A stretch of 61,281 bases of DNA, filler included, from Ginglymostoma cirratum (Eukaryota), in assembly GCA_024137785.1 (NCBI GenBank). It is 3 parts of 3 records of this genome, joined end to end, with 100 filler letters (N's around TTAATTAATTAA, not from the genome) between each part and the next. Parts side by side here need not be neighbours in the genome. Positions count along the whole stretch, not along the records: positions 1 to 23,071 come from JAHRHZ010000115.1; 2 more parts are not named here. One strand, given 5' to 3'. Below, one piece after another: positions 1-12,646 of the stretch (its first letter is position 1; every line of letters begins with the position of its first letter). The notes under the pieces are model-generated. The model saw only the letters and a program-made list of their open reading frames with translations. It had not been told where the DNA came from and made no database searches. Made by a program: the position numbers and the translations under genes.

Positions 1-1114
1 GGATAAATATCGACTGGCTTGTATTTAACAACGGTGACAGTGTTCTCCTTAAACTGAAATATGCAACTCAAAGAGGTGGAGGTGAAATGCTGATGAAGAT
101 CCTCAGTTAAAGTCTACACAGTGACTAATCAGACCGAATTTGTTGATGGATTAGGCTTTGATTGACTTCCCACCAGAGACGCACAGGTGATATTTGCTCA
201 TTTCTGTAGAGACACTTGCCTGTGGAACTATTTTCTCTATTCTCTTTCTCAGTGAACGTTTATGTCATTCGGTTCATTTGATCAAACTCGTTGTCTTTCA
301 CTGCCTGTGCGTCTCTCTTCCATACATTCCAGCTTTTCATGACGGTGTATATTCTGGGGGGAAAAAATTCATCCAAGCTAAAACACAACACGAAGAAGAT
401 TTTCACACTATTGATAAACAATGCCGCATCAGGTTAAAGTAAAACAAAGAACTGTGCATTTTGTGTAGCTGAAACAAAGTGGAAATTGCTGTAGAAACTC
501 AACAAGTCTGGCTGCATCTGTGGAGGGAAAGCAGAATCAACATTTCGAATGCAGTGTCCCTTCATCAGAAGCAAAGAGGCAACGTACACGGTGAAAGCGG
601 AGATTTCATTATAAGATGGCGGCGCAGTAGTTCTCTCCAGCCAGATCTCCTCTGTTTTGCCAATTCCTTTTCATTTTTTCTTTCTTTTCTCTTCGTTTTC
701 CTGCAGTTTTTATTTCCCTCTCCCAACAACTTTTAACTTCTTAAACTTGCCTGCAGGAAATACAGAAAAGAGGAGTCGAACGTCAGTCCAGACCAGTGCG
801 GGAGATGAAACAGAGACCGTGCCAGTGCGGGAGGAGAGTTCTGGAGACGTGTTCCCGACAGAGCTTTGTATGGGAGGAGGTCTGATGCCAAGCCAGACTT
901 AGAGGCAAATTCGAATGGCGAGTCAATGGCGACTGCGGAGCACAGCGGGAATTTTGACACCAGCTCGCCTGAATGAAGAGTCCTGGAGGCGACTCGAGTG
1001 TCGGAGCCCAGTGCGGGAGCTCATGTGAGCCTAGAGGAGCCTTGAAGATACTTCCTAGAGGCAACTCCTGGTTGCAAAATCGCGGGCTGGAAACTGGTGA
1101 CAGAGGGAGTCCTA

Positions 1115-1295
1115 ATCGAATCCAACAGGGCAGGCAGCATCAGAGGAATGGGAAAGTTGATGTATCGGGTCGATGCCCTTCCTCAAAAAAAAAAGGCCCG
1201 GACCAGAAACGTCATCATTCGTGCTCCTCTGATGCTGCCTGCTCTGCCGTGTTCCTCCAGCTCCACACTCTGTTATCTGCAGTTACTTTTATCTA
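1115..1295. repeat. Inverted (head-to-head) copy pair of the same short repeat family
   Basis: ggcaggcagcatcagagg on the left is mirrored by cctctgatgctgcctgc on the right, around an A-run. Confidence 0.6.
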
Positions 1296-1637
1296 CGAGA
1301 TCTAAACCTGTTTTAGTAATTAAGCCTGCCAATAAGGATGGTGCTGTTGTAGTCGGATGTACTGACATTTACATGGCAGAGGCTCGGCGCCAGCTTTCAG
1401 AAACCTCCTCCTACATTCCCTGGGCCATGACCCCACCATGACACATCCGGCCTTTGTATCAACTACGGTAACTGATCTCATTTCATCTGGTCACCTCCCC
1501 GCCACAACCCCTAAGCTGATAGTTCCCCAGTCTCACACAGCTCGCTTCCAGATCCTCCTATAAATACACAAACAGGACTGAACTGGCAGGCCCATTGTTT
1601 CAACCTGCTCCTGCCCCACAGAACTGATCTCTTCCTA

Positions 1638-1762
1638 TTTCTGATGAAGGGTTTAGGCCCGAAACGTCAAGTTTTCCTGCTCCTATGATGCTGCTTGACC
1701 TGTTGTGTTCATCCAGCCCCATGCTTGTTATCTCGGATTCTCCAGCATCTGCAGTACCTTTT
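1638..1762 (+). mobile_element. Short Penelope-terminal-repeat-like insertion with hammerhead core
   Basis: CTGATGA-A-GGG-TTTAGG-CCC-GAAA-CGTC at 1641-1668, flanked by the direct repeat ATCTCTTCCTA (1627-1637 / 1763-1773). Confidence 0.75.
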
Positions 1763-2932
1763 ATCTCTTCCTACCTTCACTCAGTCTTCTCTCCACGTAT
1801 ATCCAAGATTCCTCTGATGCTTTAAGCTGGTGTCAAAATTTCCAATTTGAAGGCTTCAGCCTTCTATTCTTTACCTTGGACATGAAATTACATTACATGT
1901 ACATTCACCACCAGGAGGGTCTTAGGTTTCTCTGCTTCTTCTTGGAGCAAAGACATGAAATGCTCCCACCTACTACCACCCTGCTCCGCTTCGCAGAGCT
2001 CGTCCTTAGCCTCAACAAATTTTATTTTAGATCTTTGCATTTTCTTCAGGTCATAGTAATGGGAATGCATACCTGCATTCACTACAGCCCTCCCTATTTC
2101 TATTTGGGTTACTTGAAACATTCCTTGTTGCAATCCCATTCTGGCCCTCACCCACAACTCTTCCTCTGATACATCGATGATATCATCGGTGCTGCTTCCG
2201 TCTCTCGTCTGGAATTGGAAAAGTTGCTCAATTTCGCTTCCAATTTCTACCCTGGCCCGAGTTAAAACTGGTCAGTATTTGACTCCTCCCGTCCCATCGT
2301 CGGATCTCTGCTTCCATTTCTGGGGATACAATGCACACTAATATCCAAGCGAGTCTCCACAACGTCCACCTTCTTCCTCAGCTTAGGATTCCCCAACACC
2401 ACTGTCACCAGGGCCGTCAAATAGTTCGGAACCATCTTCTGCACTTCCGCCCTCAACTCCTCTCTTCCCTCCTGCAACAGTGATAGGGATCTCCCTGTCC
2501 TTATCTACTATCCCGCCAGCATCCACATCCAGGAGGTCATCAGACACCACTTCCACCATCTCCAGCGAGATGTCACCACCAGACACAGAATCTCCTCCCC
2601 TCCCTGATCTGCCTTCCAAAGGTAACATTGCCTCTGGGACTCCCTGGTCCACTTTTGCTTCACTCCCAACAATCCCCACAGCCCGACGGCACCAACCCCT
2701 GAAAGTGGCGATTGTGCAACATCTGCCCATTTACCCCCTCTTTCCCCATGATCCAAGAGGCAAATCCACATTCCAGGCGAAGAGTAACTTCACAAGCACT
2801 TTGTATAATGCAGTCTGCAGTATTCGCTGCTCACAATGTGATCTCATCTACATTTACAAAATTAAGCGTTGATTGGGTGAATGCATCGCTGACCTTCTAC
2901 CTTCAGCTCGCAAAATAAAGGATCCTGAGCTT

Positions 2933-3066
2933 TTTGTTTTCTGATGAAGGGCCTAGGCCCGAAATGTCAAGCTTTCCTGCTCCGATTTTGCTGCTTGGCC
3001 TGCTGTATTCATTCAGCCCCATGCCTTGTTATCTCGGATTCTCCAGCATCTGCAGTACGTTTAATC
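2933..3066 (+). mobile_element. Second copy of the same short insertion
   Basis: CTGATGA-A-GGGC-CTAG-GCCC-GAAA at 2941-2964; TSD TCCTGAGCTT (2923-2932 / 3067-3076). Confidence 0.75.
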
Positions 3067-5829
3067 TCCTGAGCTTCCAGTTGTCTGCGACTTTAATGCA
3101 TCATCCTGTTTCCTGACAAACGGCTCTATTTCTGACTTGCTGCAGTATCCCAACGAAGGTCAACAAAAGCTGGAAAACAACACCTTATTTTATGCTTGTG
3201 GACTCTGCAGCCCACTGGACTCAGTCCACTGGACTCAGTATTGAGTTCAACAATTTTAGAGCCTATACTCTCCCATGTCCTAAACCACTCGCCCACACAC
3301 CAGACCTTGTTAACACGTAGCCTGCAATTACGCAATATCTATTGCTAGTCAGTAATAGTCAGATTGACAGCTGTTCACCCTCCAAGTCAGATCTTTATCA
3401 ACTCCTTCATCTATACAACTGCTCTTCTCTCTCTTCAGACTCTATTCTTGATTCTATCCATTATTACTTACCCAAACCCTCTCCCCATTTTCTGCATATA
3501 TACCGACGTTTTTCAAAACTACCATCAGTTCTGAGGAAGGGTCATCGGACACGTCTGATTTTTATTTTCACAGATGTCGCCAGACCTGCTGAGCTTTTCC
3601 AGCAATTTCTGCTTTTGTTCTCCACTTCCGCATACTTGTCTACTTGATTTTTTTCCAAGTTGAAACATTTAAATTTAAACTGAATCATTTCTGCTCTGCC
3701 TAGCAGCTACTTTTGCAGAGAATTGAAAAAGCACGAAAAAGGTGACGTTAAAATGCAGCTTTAATTTCCCATGGTGAAAAAACTGGTACTGGCAGAAGCT
3801 GAAAGGAAATTAATGATTATTGCTGTTAAATCAAAGAAAGATTCTGAATGTAAAACAGATTTTGCGAAATTCCATCGTTTTGTTTTTGTTTTTACAACTT
3901 TGGCGATTTGTCAATGTCAGTTACATTATCTCATTCTGGGCAGCAGCTGACGCATATTATTGTTTATTGGTCTACCTGAAAATTAACTTGGCTTCCAACA
4001 TGTACAACAACCAGTTTTTAAACTAGGATATCTTTCGCTGACGTCATTCATAGCTGAGGCCAGAAGGACCACCACAAATTAATATTGTCGAAATTTTGGA
4101 AGTTATTATATGTTAAATTGCAAAAAAAAAAAAAATGTCTGTCTTCATTTGCAAAGCCGCCCACATCATCTGAACTCAGTTGGAAAGGCTTTGGCAGCTT
4201 TCGACGCCAGAGGGCAGCCGCAATGACTTGTACGTGCCTGTGTTGGATTGGGTGGACAAAGTCAGAAATCACACGGTCCCAGGATCGACTCCAAAATGTT
4301 GATTTGGAATCACATCATCTTTCTTAGCGCAGGCCCTTTGTCAGGTGCAGCAGCCACATTGGCCTCATCAGGGAGGTGAGCTAAATTAAGGCTTTCTGCA
4401 CTTAGAATCAATTAGTTTCAATCCTGGTTGCGAGTAACAGTAACAACAGTCTTGCAGTCAGTTGTGAGCTCGCTGGTATCTTACGAAATGGGATGAATGA
4501 GTACACACTGGCACACAGAGGAGCAGTTGAACATTCACCCTCCAGTCAAAATATGTAGGTATGTCATAATTGCGGACCAGACTCTGAAGCTGTGCTGCAG
4601 GCAGAACAATTGAAACGTTTTTTTAATATTTGGCGTTCTCTCAGGCAGGTTGACTGATCGTACCCTTCCTCGAGCTTGGATCAGGTAACTCCTCGCTACA
4701 AAATGTGGATTAGATAGTGTGTCAACAAGTGGCAAACCTGAGTGGACGCTTTGCCACACGCAGGGCACAGCAACTGTCTCTCTCCATGGTATTTTATTGT
4801 TATGTTTCAGTCGTTTGAATGAACTAACGACCCCTTTTGACACTCACATCAAGTGAGTGCTCTCTCTCGCCAGTACGTGTCCAGTGGCGTCTCAGAAGGT
4901 TGGATTACCAAGTGAATTTCTTTGCACAAATGGATCAGATAGACGGCCTTCACCAATATGACTGTACCAGTCGTTTGCATTTCCTTAAAGTTGCAAAGGC
5001 TTTCTGTCCGAAGTATAATGGATGGCTAACATTTAGCGTTCCTCAATCTTTTCTCGTTCATATTTCATGTGAATATAACAACACGTTTACATGAATTGAT
5101 ATCTGCAGTAACCACTTGAAGACGCCTCCATTATGATATGCCATATTCATAATGTTTCTCAATCAACTATTTAAATCCTTACAACCAAAGGTAAACCGAA
5201 TTCAAGCCAGTTGTGCACACTTCTCCATGCTCATGTGAAGCTCACTTTTCATTCCTTTTGCGAGCAAGACTGATACTTTCCTAGAAACACGATTTTTAAC
5301 AGACGGCATAGCCCACCATATAGTTTTTGAGATCAACTCTATTTATTTCTGTGACCTTGTCAATCCTGTTAGAAAATATGATTTTTTTGATGTCAATCTT
5401 TCTTGGGACTTACCTTTTTCTGTATTTATGGTAATGTGTTAGCCGAGGAGATGCTAGGTACTTGAGTAGAATACAATTATCATGGTATTTGTGTCTCATT
5501 AAATATTGGAGGAAACAAAGGGGCGGTATTTATGGGACCACGAATTCATTTGCAACACTGAAGTTCAGCAGCGTTCAGACTCAGAGAGCGAACTCAGCGT
5601 GAAATTTAGTTTGTCACATGAGTACAATAGCAAGCAAGATATATCTGAAATCCTACATTCAAGGAAACTCGGGACATTCGCCACTGAAATACTGGGCTGA
5701 AATGGCTGCATATCTGCGACGTGACAAAAATACTTTTTGATTCTATTGGAGTTAAACTATGTTGGGAGAGGTGGCAGACGGAATTATATGTCTGGTGAGA
5801 ATAAGTGGACAGATGAACATGTTTACTGC

Positions 5830-6730
5830 TCTTTCATTTTTATAAAGGAAAGAGTGAGGACGCTGAAAGGTTTCATCAGTGTGTTCTACATCTCTTCTCT
5901 AAACTTAGCCTGTGTTAATGCATAGATGAAGATTTTAGTGCGGGAAATGAGCAGTTGGAGCAAGTTTTTCGTCGCTTGAAGGATGTACTTTTAATGTTTA
6001 AAATCCAGGACAGTGAAGCAGGCCTCACCTGTAAACTGCACAGAAAGGAAATATCCGAGTTAGATCATCCACAGTTAGACGAGACTGAGAGAGATGGCAA
6101 ACAGCAGAACAATGGACTTCTTACGATTGGCCTTCTCCGGGCCTTGTTGATTCAGAGTGGCACGGAGTCTTTTGCGGGGTCTTCTAGCCATTAGAATGCG
6201 TCTTACAGTCAGGGCAATAATCAACACAATAAGGAGGAAAGAAAAACAAAAGATGTAAAGATGTGGTCCAAACAATCATAGGCCTGCTAGACTGCCCAAT
6301 ATTAATAGCTGAACTTAATATCACAGTACTTGGGGACCCCATCCAAAGACGTACAATAACTAATAGATGAAATAGAAAAGCGTGTTCTTGGCACACCCTG
6401 AGGCACTGATAATTCCTATGGATAGCGACGCAGTTTACTTCGTGCCATACCTGATCGTCAATCTCTGATAGATGATGGCCACAAAATGGTCAATAGCGAA
6501 GGCGACTGTCAGCCAGACTGAGCCATCACGAGAAGCATGCACCAGCATAGTACTGAGTGTACAAGAATGCATTGTGGACAAGATACGTTCACGAAAGTAG
6601 GCACCAGAAATCCGTTTGAGGATTGCAGCCATTATGACAACAAGAAACCCAGACATCTCTGTCACCACCGGGTGGGAGGTGATGCACTTGGATAGTCATG
6701 GGATAAGGTTATGCTTGTCACCAAGGTGGC
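5830..6730 (-). pseudogene. GPR139/GPR142-like class A GPCR pseudogene
   Basis: Fragments in several frames: SVWLTVAFAIDHFVAIIYQRL (TM3 with degenerate DRF) and FLLIVLIIALTVRRILMARRPRKRLR...RKKSIVLLFAIS (TM5-ICL3-TM6). Multiple stops and frameshifts. Confidence 0.8.
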
Positions 6731-6999
6731 TGTGTCATAAAAAAGAGCATCTTACGAGATGAATTCAAATTGCAGACATTGCCCAATCGAATCTGTTACT
6801 GAAATAAATATTCACTCCCAAAGAAGCAAGCATGTGATGTAATTAATCGTTTGTGTAGCAGGAAATCATGACTTCTTTTCCATTCAGAATTCGAGACCCC
6901 AGAAATGGACTTTCTTGTCTGAATCAGAGACGGTTTACAGCATTGGCCATTGTTTGAGCTTGAGTTGCTTTACAAAACGCGTTCATCTTCATTAAAATG

Positions 7000-8430
7000 T
7001 CGAGTCAGAGAATCATACATCATGAAAGAAGCATTTCAGTATGCCATGTTAATGCTGACTAACAAACAGAAAATGACACTTATCTAATTTACATGCAGTT
7101 GGTCTGTAACCTTCTAGTCCAGCACTTTTCAGTGCTTATTCGGGTGCAGCATAAATGTTGTGACTGTACGTGCCTACATTACTCTCTGAGGCTGCTTGTT
7201 CCATTTTTTTATGACTCTCTGTTTGAAAAAAAAGACTCAGGTGTCAAAACAACTTCCTTCGCAAATTAAATGCATGCATCCTGGATTTTGACATTTCAGC
7301 CCTGGGAAAGAAATTCTCACCATCTGCCCATTCCGCTCAGACTTTTGCATATCACAATCAGATCCCACGCAGTGCTCTGCTCGAAAGTAAACACATGCAG
7401 CTGATCCAGTCTACCGTCAGTACTGGCACTTTTCATCCAAAGCAAAGTTCTGATGAGCTTCCAACACCCTCTCCAGTGCAATCACGTCCTTCTTAAAGTA
7501 TGGCGAACATAAATGCACACATTATATCATTTGTGGCCGAACTAATGTTTTATTAATGTGCAGCATGGACTTATTTGCATCTATATTGTACACCCTTGTT
7601 CACGAAGGCAAGTCTTCTGTGTGTCTCATTCAACTAACTGCTACCTGTACTAACATCGCCAGTGATCTATTGAACTGTACAACAGCGTACCTTTGTTTTT
7701 CAGTAGCACCGAGCGATCTCCCACGCATTTTGAAAACCCTTCTCTTATGAGATCTACTAATGCATTGACTTGCACAGATCAGGATCAAATTCTGCCATTG
7801 CTCTACCCAGTTCATCAATATAAATCTGTCACCTGAGACCATCTCCTATCTGACAACAACTAATGTTTCAAGTCATCTGCAAACTTATTACTTATGACTT
7901 CTGCGTTCACATTCAAAGTATCAGTGTGGATAACATACAGCAAGTGTCCTTGCACCCATTCCTGCAGTTCCCAGGATTCCAATCACGAAATTATCCCTTC
8001 ACCATCACCCTTTTCCTGCAAATTAGAAGCCATTTTTTACACAGTTTTCGAAATGTCCTTGGGTCAAATGGGCTCGAATTTTTTATACCAGTCTACCATG
8101 TAGGATCATGGCAAATTACGTACTGAAGTCCAAGTGAACATCATCAGTTGTGCTACCCCATGAAATATATTGCGTCAACTTTTCAGAAAACACAATTCAT
8201 TCAAATTAGTCAAGCAGCATCTCCCTTCTTATTCTGAATGACACACATTTACAACCATCCATTTGTAACAATGGTGACCATTGGAACAGTCTCTGGAAAC
8301 CTCGCTCACTTTTACCGTTTGCAAGCTTCAGATCACCTGAAACATGTGCTACCAATGTTCTTCCACAAACCTGTAAAATGATTTTCATTGTACAGTCAAT
8401 ATAGAACGTTAGCACAAGTATCCAAGCCAG
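7000..8430 (-). mobile_element. Old CR1 LINE fragment
   Basis: Degenerate CR1 RT and 3' features on the minus strand; paralogous to about 21520-22170. Confidence 0.55.
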
Positions 8431-8431
8431 C

Positions 8432-9200
8432 GTGAGATTCATTTTTATATTTCTGCTTGCAATGCAGCGAGTTGCAGGAAGAGATATGAAATATCTTCAC
8501 TGCATGTTTAACAAGGAATACGTCTTGCATTTATAAATCAAAAAGAAAATGAGTTGAAGATCCTGAGAGTACATCTGCCATATGGAAGAATGAATTTTAT
8601 TGTACTCTTGATCTCGATACTCTTTGTAGATGCTGCTGATAGTGCAGAGGGTTCCCATTGACCACATCAGTGACTGCTATTTCAGTGGAGAAGCTGCAAC
8701 TTTGAGATTTTCCACTGGAGCAGTTAAATGTATTCTGATTCATTAATACAAGGCACAGTGTCAGTGTTCTTCTCGCGCACAGGCACCATCTCTAAACCGG
8801 ATGCAGGGAGCTTGCATTCAGGTCGTGGGGGGAGGGGGTGCATCAATGAATACCATGAATCTATCGCCGCTCCTCAGAAAAATATACGTGGTTCACTCAT
8901 GTTAATTAGAGAAGGAAACTGCCTGTCTTGCCTGGTCTGGTCGACATGTGACTCCAGATCCACATGTGGGCGACTTTAAATTGCCCTCTGGTCAGTTATA
9001 TAATTGACAATGAATACCAGTCCGTCTAGCGACTCGCACATTCTATGAATGCAGAGAAATAACAACAAAGGTGAACAGGTGATCAGTGGATGGGGAAAGC
9101 GCGATTAGGACAGAAGCCCGGGTTCAAGTTTAGATGTGAGTAATAGCTCTGGGAAGGTATTTTAGAAAATAATGAGAAAGCTATAACAGTGGAATGGTCG
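8432..9200 (+). pseudogene. Highly degraded antigen-receptor V relic split by a SINE
   Basis: Leader-like 46-nt exon GTG-RFIFIFLLAMQRVA+G (8432-8477; donor g-aagag lacks T); acceptor tctttgtag| at 8629. Frameshifted DAADSAE...SVTAI..GEAATL.FSTGAVKCILIH*YK (WYK-like). After the SINE (about 8750-9050) there is a weak SLDVSNSSGK...SGM segment. Confidence 0.45.
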
Positions 9201-10519
9201 TGTCTGGACCTGAAAGCCAGGAAACCTCACCTGGCTAAAGATATTAAATCCAACATCTGAAGCTTGTTTAGAAAATATGCAAGCCAGCATTGCGCCTGAC
9301 ATGAACGATGTTCAGTGATTAAAGAAAATGAGGTCACCCACTTTTCTTTTTCCAAGGAGAAGTTCGGAATCAGACTCGGTATGTTCAAAGCTATATTCTT
9401 TTGATCGGTAAATTGCGCCTGTTGGAGACCAACAAAATCAACAATATTTTAAACAAGGGCCATTGCAGCGAAAGATTTTTTTAAAAAATTTATCACACTA
9501 TCACATTTATACTATCTGAAATAAAGTGTCTAAAATAAGAGGTAAAAAGTTTCCATGCTAAATCGGGAAATTAAACTGTCATCAGTTGAAACATAAATGG
9601 GCTATTAAAAATGCAGGAGTGAAAAATGATGGGAATAGGTGTTTTAAATTGGTGCAAGCAAAATAATTTAAATGAATACTCTGCTCGCTGATGTTGCATT
9701 GCTCGAGTCCTTTGATGCCTCCTCTTCACAAGTACTCCTGCTTCAGGTGGTCTTTAGCAGTTAACAGAACAGAAGTGCAAATTGTAGACAGACTTCTCTG
9801 GATCCAGGCGTCACAATTTCCCATCCATAATTGTGGCTGCAATTGACAGCCATCGCAAACCTCCTTCTGCCTTTTGATACTGCATGTGGCCAGGACACTG
9901 CTCTCAGTTATTATGTGCAATCTGATCTAAATTCTTCAATCCAGAGAGTGCTGCTGCCGGCCCATTCCTGTCATTGGTTAGATCAGCAATAAAATGAAAC
10001 AGGGATCTGTAATTCTGCTCCGACTGAATGTTTCCTGCTCTAAAGGCTGATAGTCTCAAGAAGTATCAAACAGAACCCTTTCTTAAACCCTCCTCATCAT
10101 TAACTCACGACATAGTGGGTATTACATCCCTGTAAAATTACCATTCTCCCCATTCCTGATGAAAAATCGGTATGAATAGCGAAGATGATAATATAGATCT
10201 ATATGCAGCTAGTCCTAATTCTTGATGGCACCATTATATTTGGTTACTGGAGCTGTGGGAAATAGTGTAAAATCCAATTATTGGTATGAATGTTGAAGAG
10301 GAAATTGATGAAACAATACAGTAAACCTTGAACACAAATATTCACACTCATTCTGATGTCGTCTGCATCCATGCAGTTTAGATGTAGTGAATGAGAACAG
10401 AAATTTCTGAATTTTGAAGTAATTTTCCCTCCATTTTTAATAGAAACAACAAAAAAATTACCAAAGTAACAATCGGTCCTTCCCTGAATTCTGACGCTGA
10501 TATCATGAGGAGTTCCGAA

Positions 10520-11020
10520 TGCCACAAAGACCTTGGTCCCAGGAATGAGAAGATTAAAATATGAGGAACGTTTGAGGACTCTGGGACTACATTCATTGAA
10601 CTTTAGAAGGATGTCGGGGGCGGTTCTAATTTAAACTTACAGAATACTGAATGTCCTGGACAGAGTCGATGTTGGGAAGATGCTTGGGAAGAGATGTTGA
10701 TGTTGGGAAGAGAGAATAGGAGATGAGGGCCCAGCCTTAGAGTAAATGGAACACATTTTAGGACGGAAATGAGGAGAAACGTCTTCAACCAGAGAGTGAT
10801 AAATCTGTGGAATTCACTACCACTGAAGGCTGTAGAGGCCAGGTCATTGAGCATAGTGAAGACTGAGATAGATAGGCTCTTGATTATCATGGGAGTCAAG
10901 GGTTACGGGGGAAAAGCGAGAGAATGGGGTTGAGGATCTTTCAGTCATGATTGAATGGCGAAGTAGACTCGATAGGCCGAATGGCCTAATTTTTGCTCCT
11001 ATGACTTCTGGTCTTATGGA
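10520..11020 (+). mobile_element. CR1 LINE 3' fragment
   Basis: FRTEMRRNVFNQRVINLWNSLP motif plus CR1 tail (ggccgaatggcct...cttatgg). Confidence 0.85.
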
Positions 11021-12090
11021 CTAAAACTCCATAATGAGATGTTCAGGTGTTGCTTGGCAGAGAGAGCGATTTTTCCGTAAAACAAGTGAAATAGCTCCAA
11101 AGTCATTGTTTAAAGTCAATGGGCGTCTCCCTCAAATTTAATTTGATGTTCAACATCATATGATCACTGATTCCCATTGATGTCTTCATTATGAGGCCAT
11201 GGTTTAGTTCGATAGCGTTGCAAATTACCTAGTGTACTGAAGCCTCTGTCTGGTTGACTCCACAGCAAGCTTTTCAAGTAAACCATATTGAAAAAAAATC
11301 TACCAGCTCCTTATCTGGACTATCTTTGACCGACTGGCACAGTATAAGTGTGGATTAAAATATCTCGCAATCATCTCGCATTTCTGAAAAGTGAACAGTA
11401 TTTCTTACTTTATGCTGCACCTATTTCCTGTCGAGAGTTGGGGGGTGGGTGCTACAAAATACCCTCTTTTTTTCGTTTATAACTCCATTTCATCAACCAA
11501 TCGTGTTCCCCATCTTAGTTTGTTATATTTAGAGCAATACTTTTCTTCTTATTGTGGTATAATTAAATAACATAGCTACCCTCCACCAATAGTTATGTTC
11601 TTTTCCTCGGAAGTCTGTTGTAACCTTTCACATTCGAGTATCATTCCACATGTTTGTTTTTCAGAGATGTCTCTGCATTGGTTATTAAACTGTGCTCATT
11701 CATTTTTATTTGCACATTTTGTTTACCTGCTCCATTGTGAATATAATGGGCATTCGGATTCAGGCCATATTACAATATGTCCCATCAAATATTACAATAT
11801 GTCCCATTAAATGTTAGAGCAGATTTAAAGGGCAAATGGCGTTCTGAACCACGGAGTGTGTGTTTCAGCGACGGGTTCTCTAACGTCATTGACTTCGGAA
11901 CAGAGTCGTTGTGAGCTGATTGGGTGTTGCATGCTGCCCCTGCCAGAAAGAAACCAATCAGCAGTGGCCTCGGACATTACTCAATATCTTCCCAAAACTG
12001 AGCAATTCACCCTAACGACATCATTAACCCTGATCTGAGGCTATTCAGCTTTAGCTGCCTCCTTTTAAACCCACCATTCACTTTCTAAAC

Positions 12091-12646
12091 ATGCCGGCTG
12101 TTACCATCTACTCATTTCTAAATGCTGCATGTTTCTTGACAGGTAAGTTTCTGAGTCTCAAAATGTTCACCTGCAAGCAATATGGTTAGAGAAAACTTCT
12201 TTTTTGCCTGTGGTGCTCCGGATTAAAATATAAACACTGAATTTGGTAACATGGATGATAATTATCTTTTTAAAGTCATTGTCTTTTAAATTTTCTGCAG
12301 GTGTTAGTTGTGCAGTCTCGGACTCACAAGAGACAGTTACGGTGATTTATGAAGGAATAAAATACAGTCACCTTTCATTTCAGCTGTTCAACCAGAAGTG
12401 ATTCATTTACTTTGCAACTGGATTGTCAGTACTCAGGTCAAACTTCGATATTCTTAATTTACATCTCCAAAAACGGAAAGGTTGTCATAGCAAATGGCAT
12501 TGCGGTCGATCTTCTGCATTTCTGGAGGCTTGGAAAACTATGGGGAATTTCACCATTGATGAGCTGTAGCTGTCTGACAACGTGGTGCATTACCGCGGGC
12601 TGAGAGAAACATTGACTGGAACCAGAAGGTACCCTGTATAAAAGTT
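12091..12646 (+). pseudogene. TCR V alpha/delta pseudogene (leader + V exon + defective 23-RSS)
   Basis: Leader 12091-12142 MPAVTIYSFLNAACFLT+G|GTAAG; acceptor tttctgcag| at 12300. The V exon reads GVSCAVSDSQETVTVIYEG, then after frameshifts NTVTFHFSCSTRSDSFTL..QYSGQTSIFLIY and GNFTIDEL*LSDNVVHYRGLR (Cys and Trp lost). RSS is AACATTG (12608-12614), 23 nt, ATAAAAGTT (12638-12646). Confidence 0.85.

Larger units (their letters stand above)
1300..3630 (+). mobile_element. Decayed Penelope-like retroelement (RT + GIY-YIG remnants)
   Basis: LVIKPANKDGAVVV; LL*IHKQD*TGRPIVSTCSCPTELISSY; *YIDDII at about 2167; CSIRCSQCDLIYI (GIY-YIG-like); terminal-repeat-like 3' region. Many stops and two nested short insertions. 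Confidence 0.85.

Noticed and set aside
3820-4046. Perfect CRE (TGACGTCA, 4039-4046) as a V promoter
   Set aside because: No intact leader or V exon could be traced next to it.
8754-8760. CACAGTG after the V relic
   Set aside because: It falls in the middle of the V domain, looks like a SINE head (ggcacagtg), and has no nonamer.
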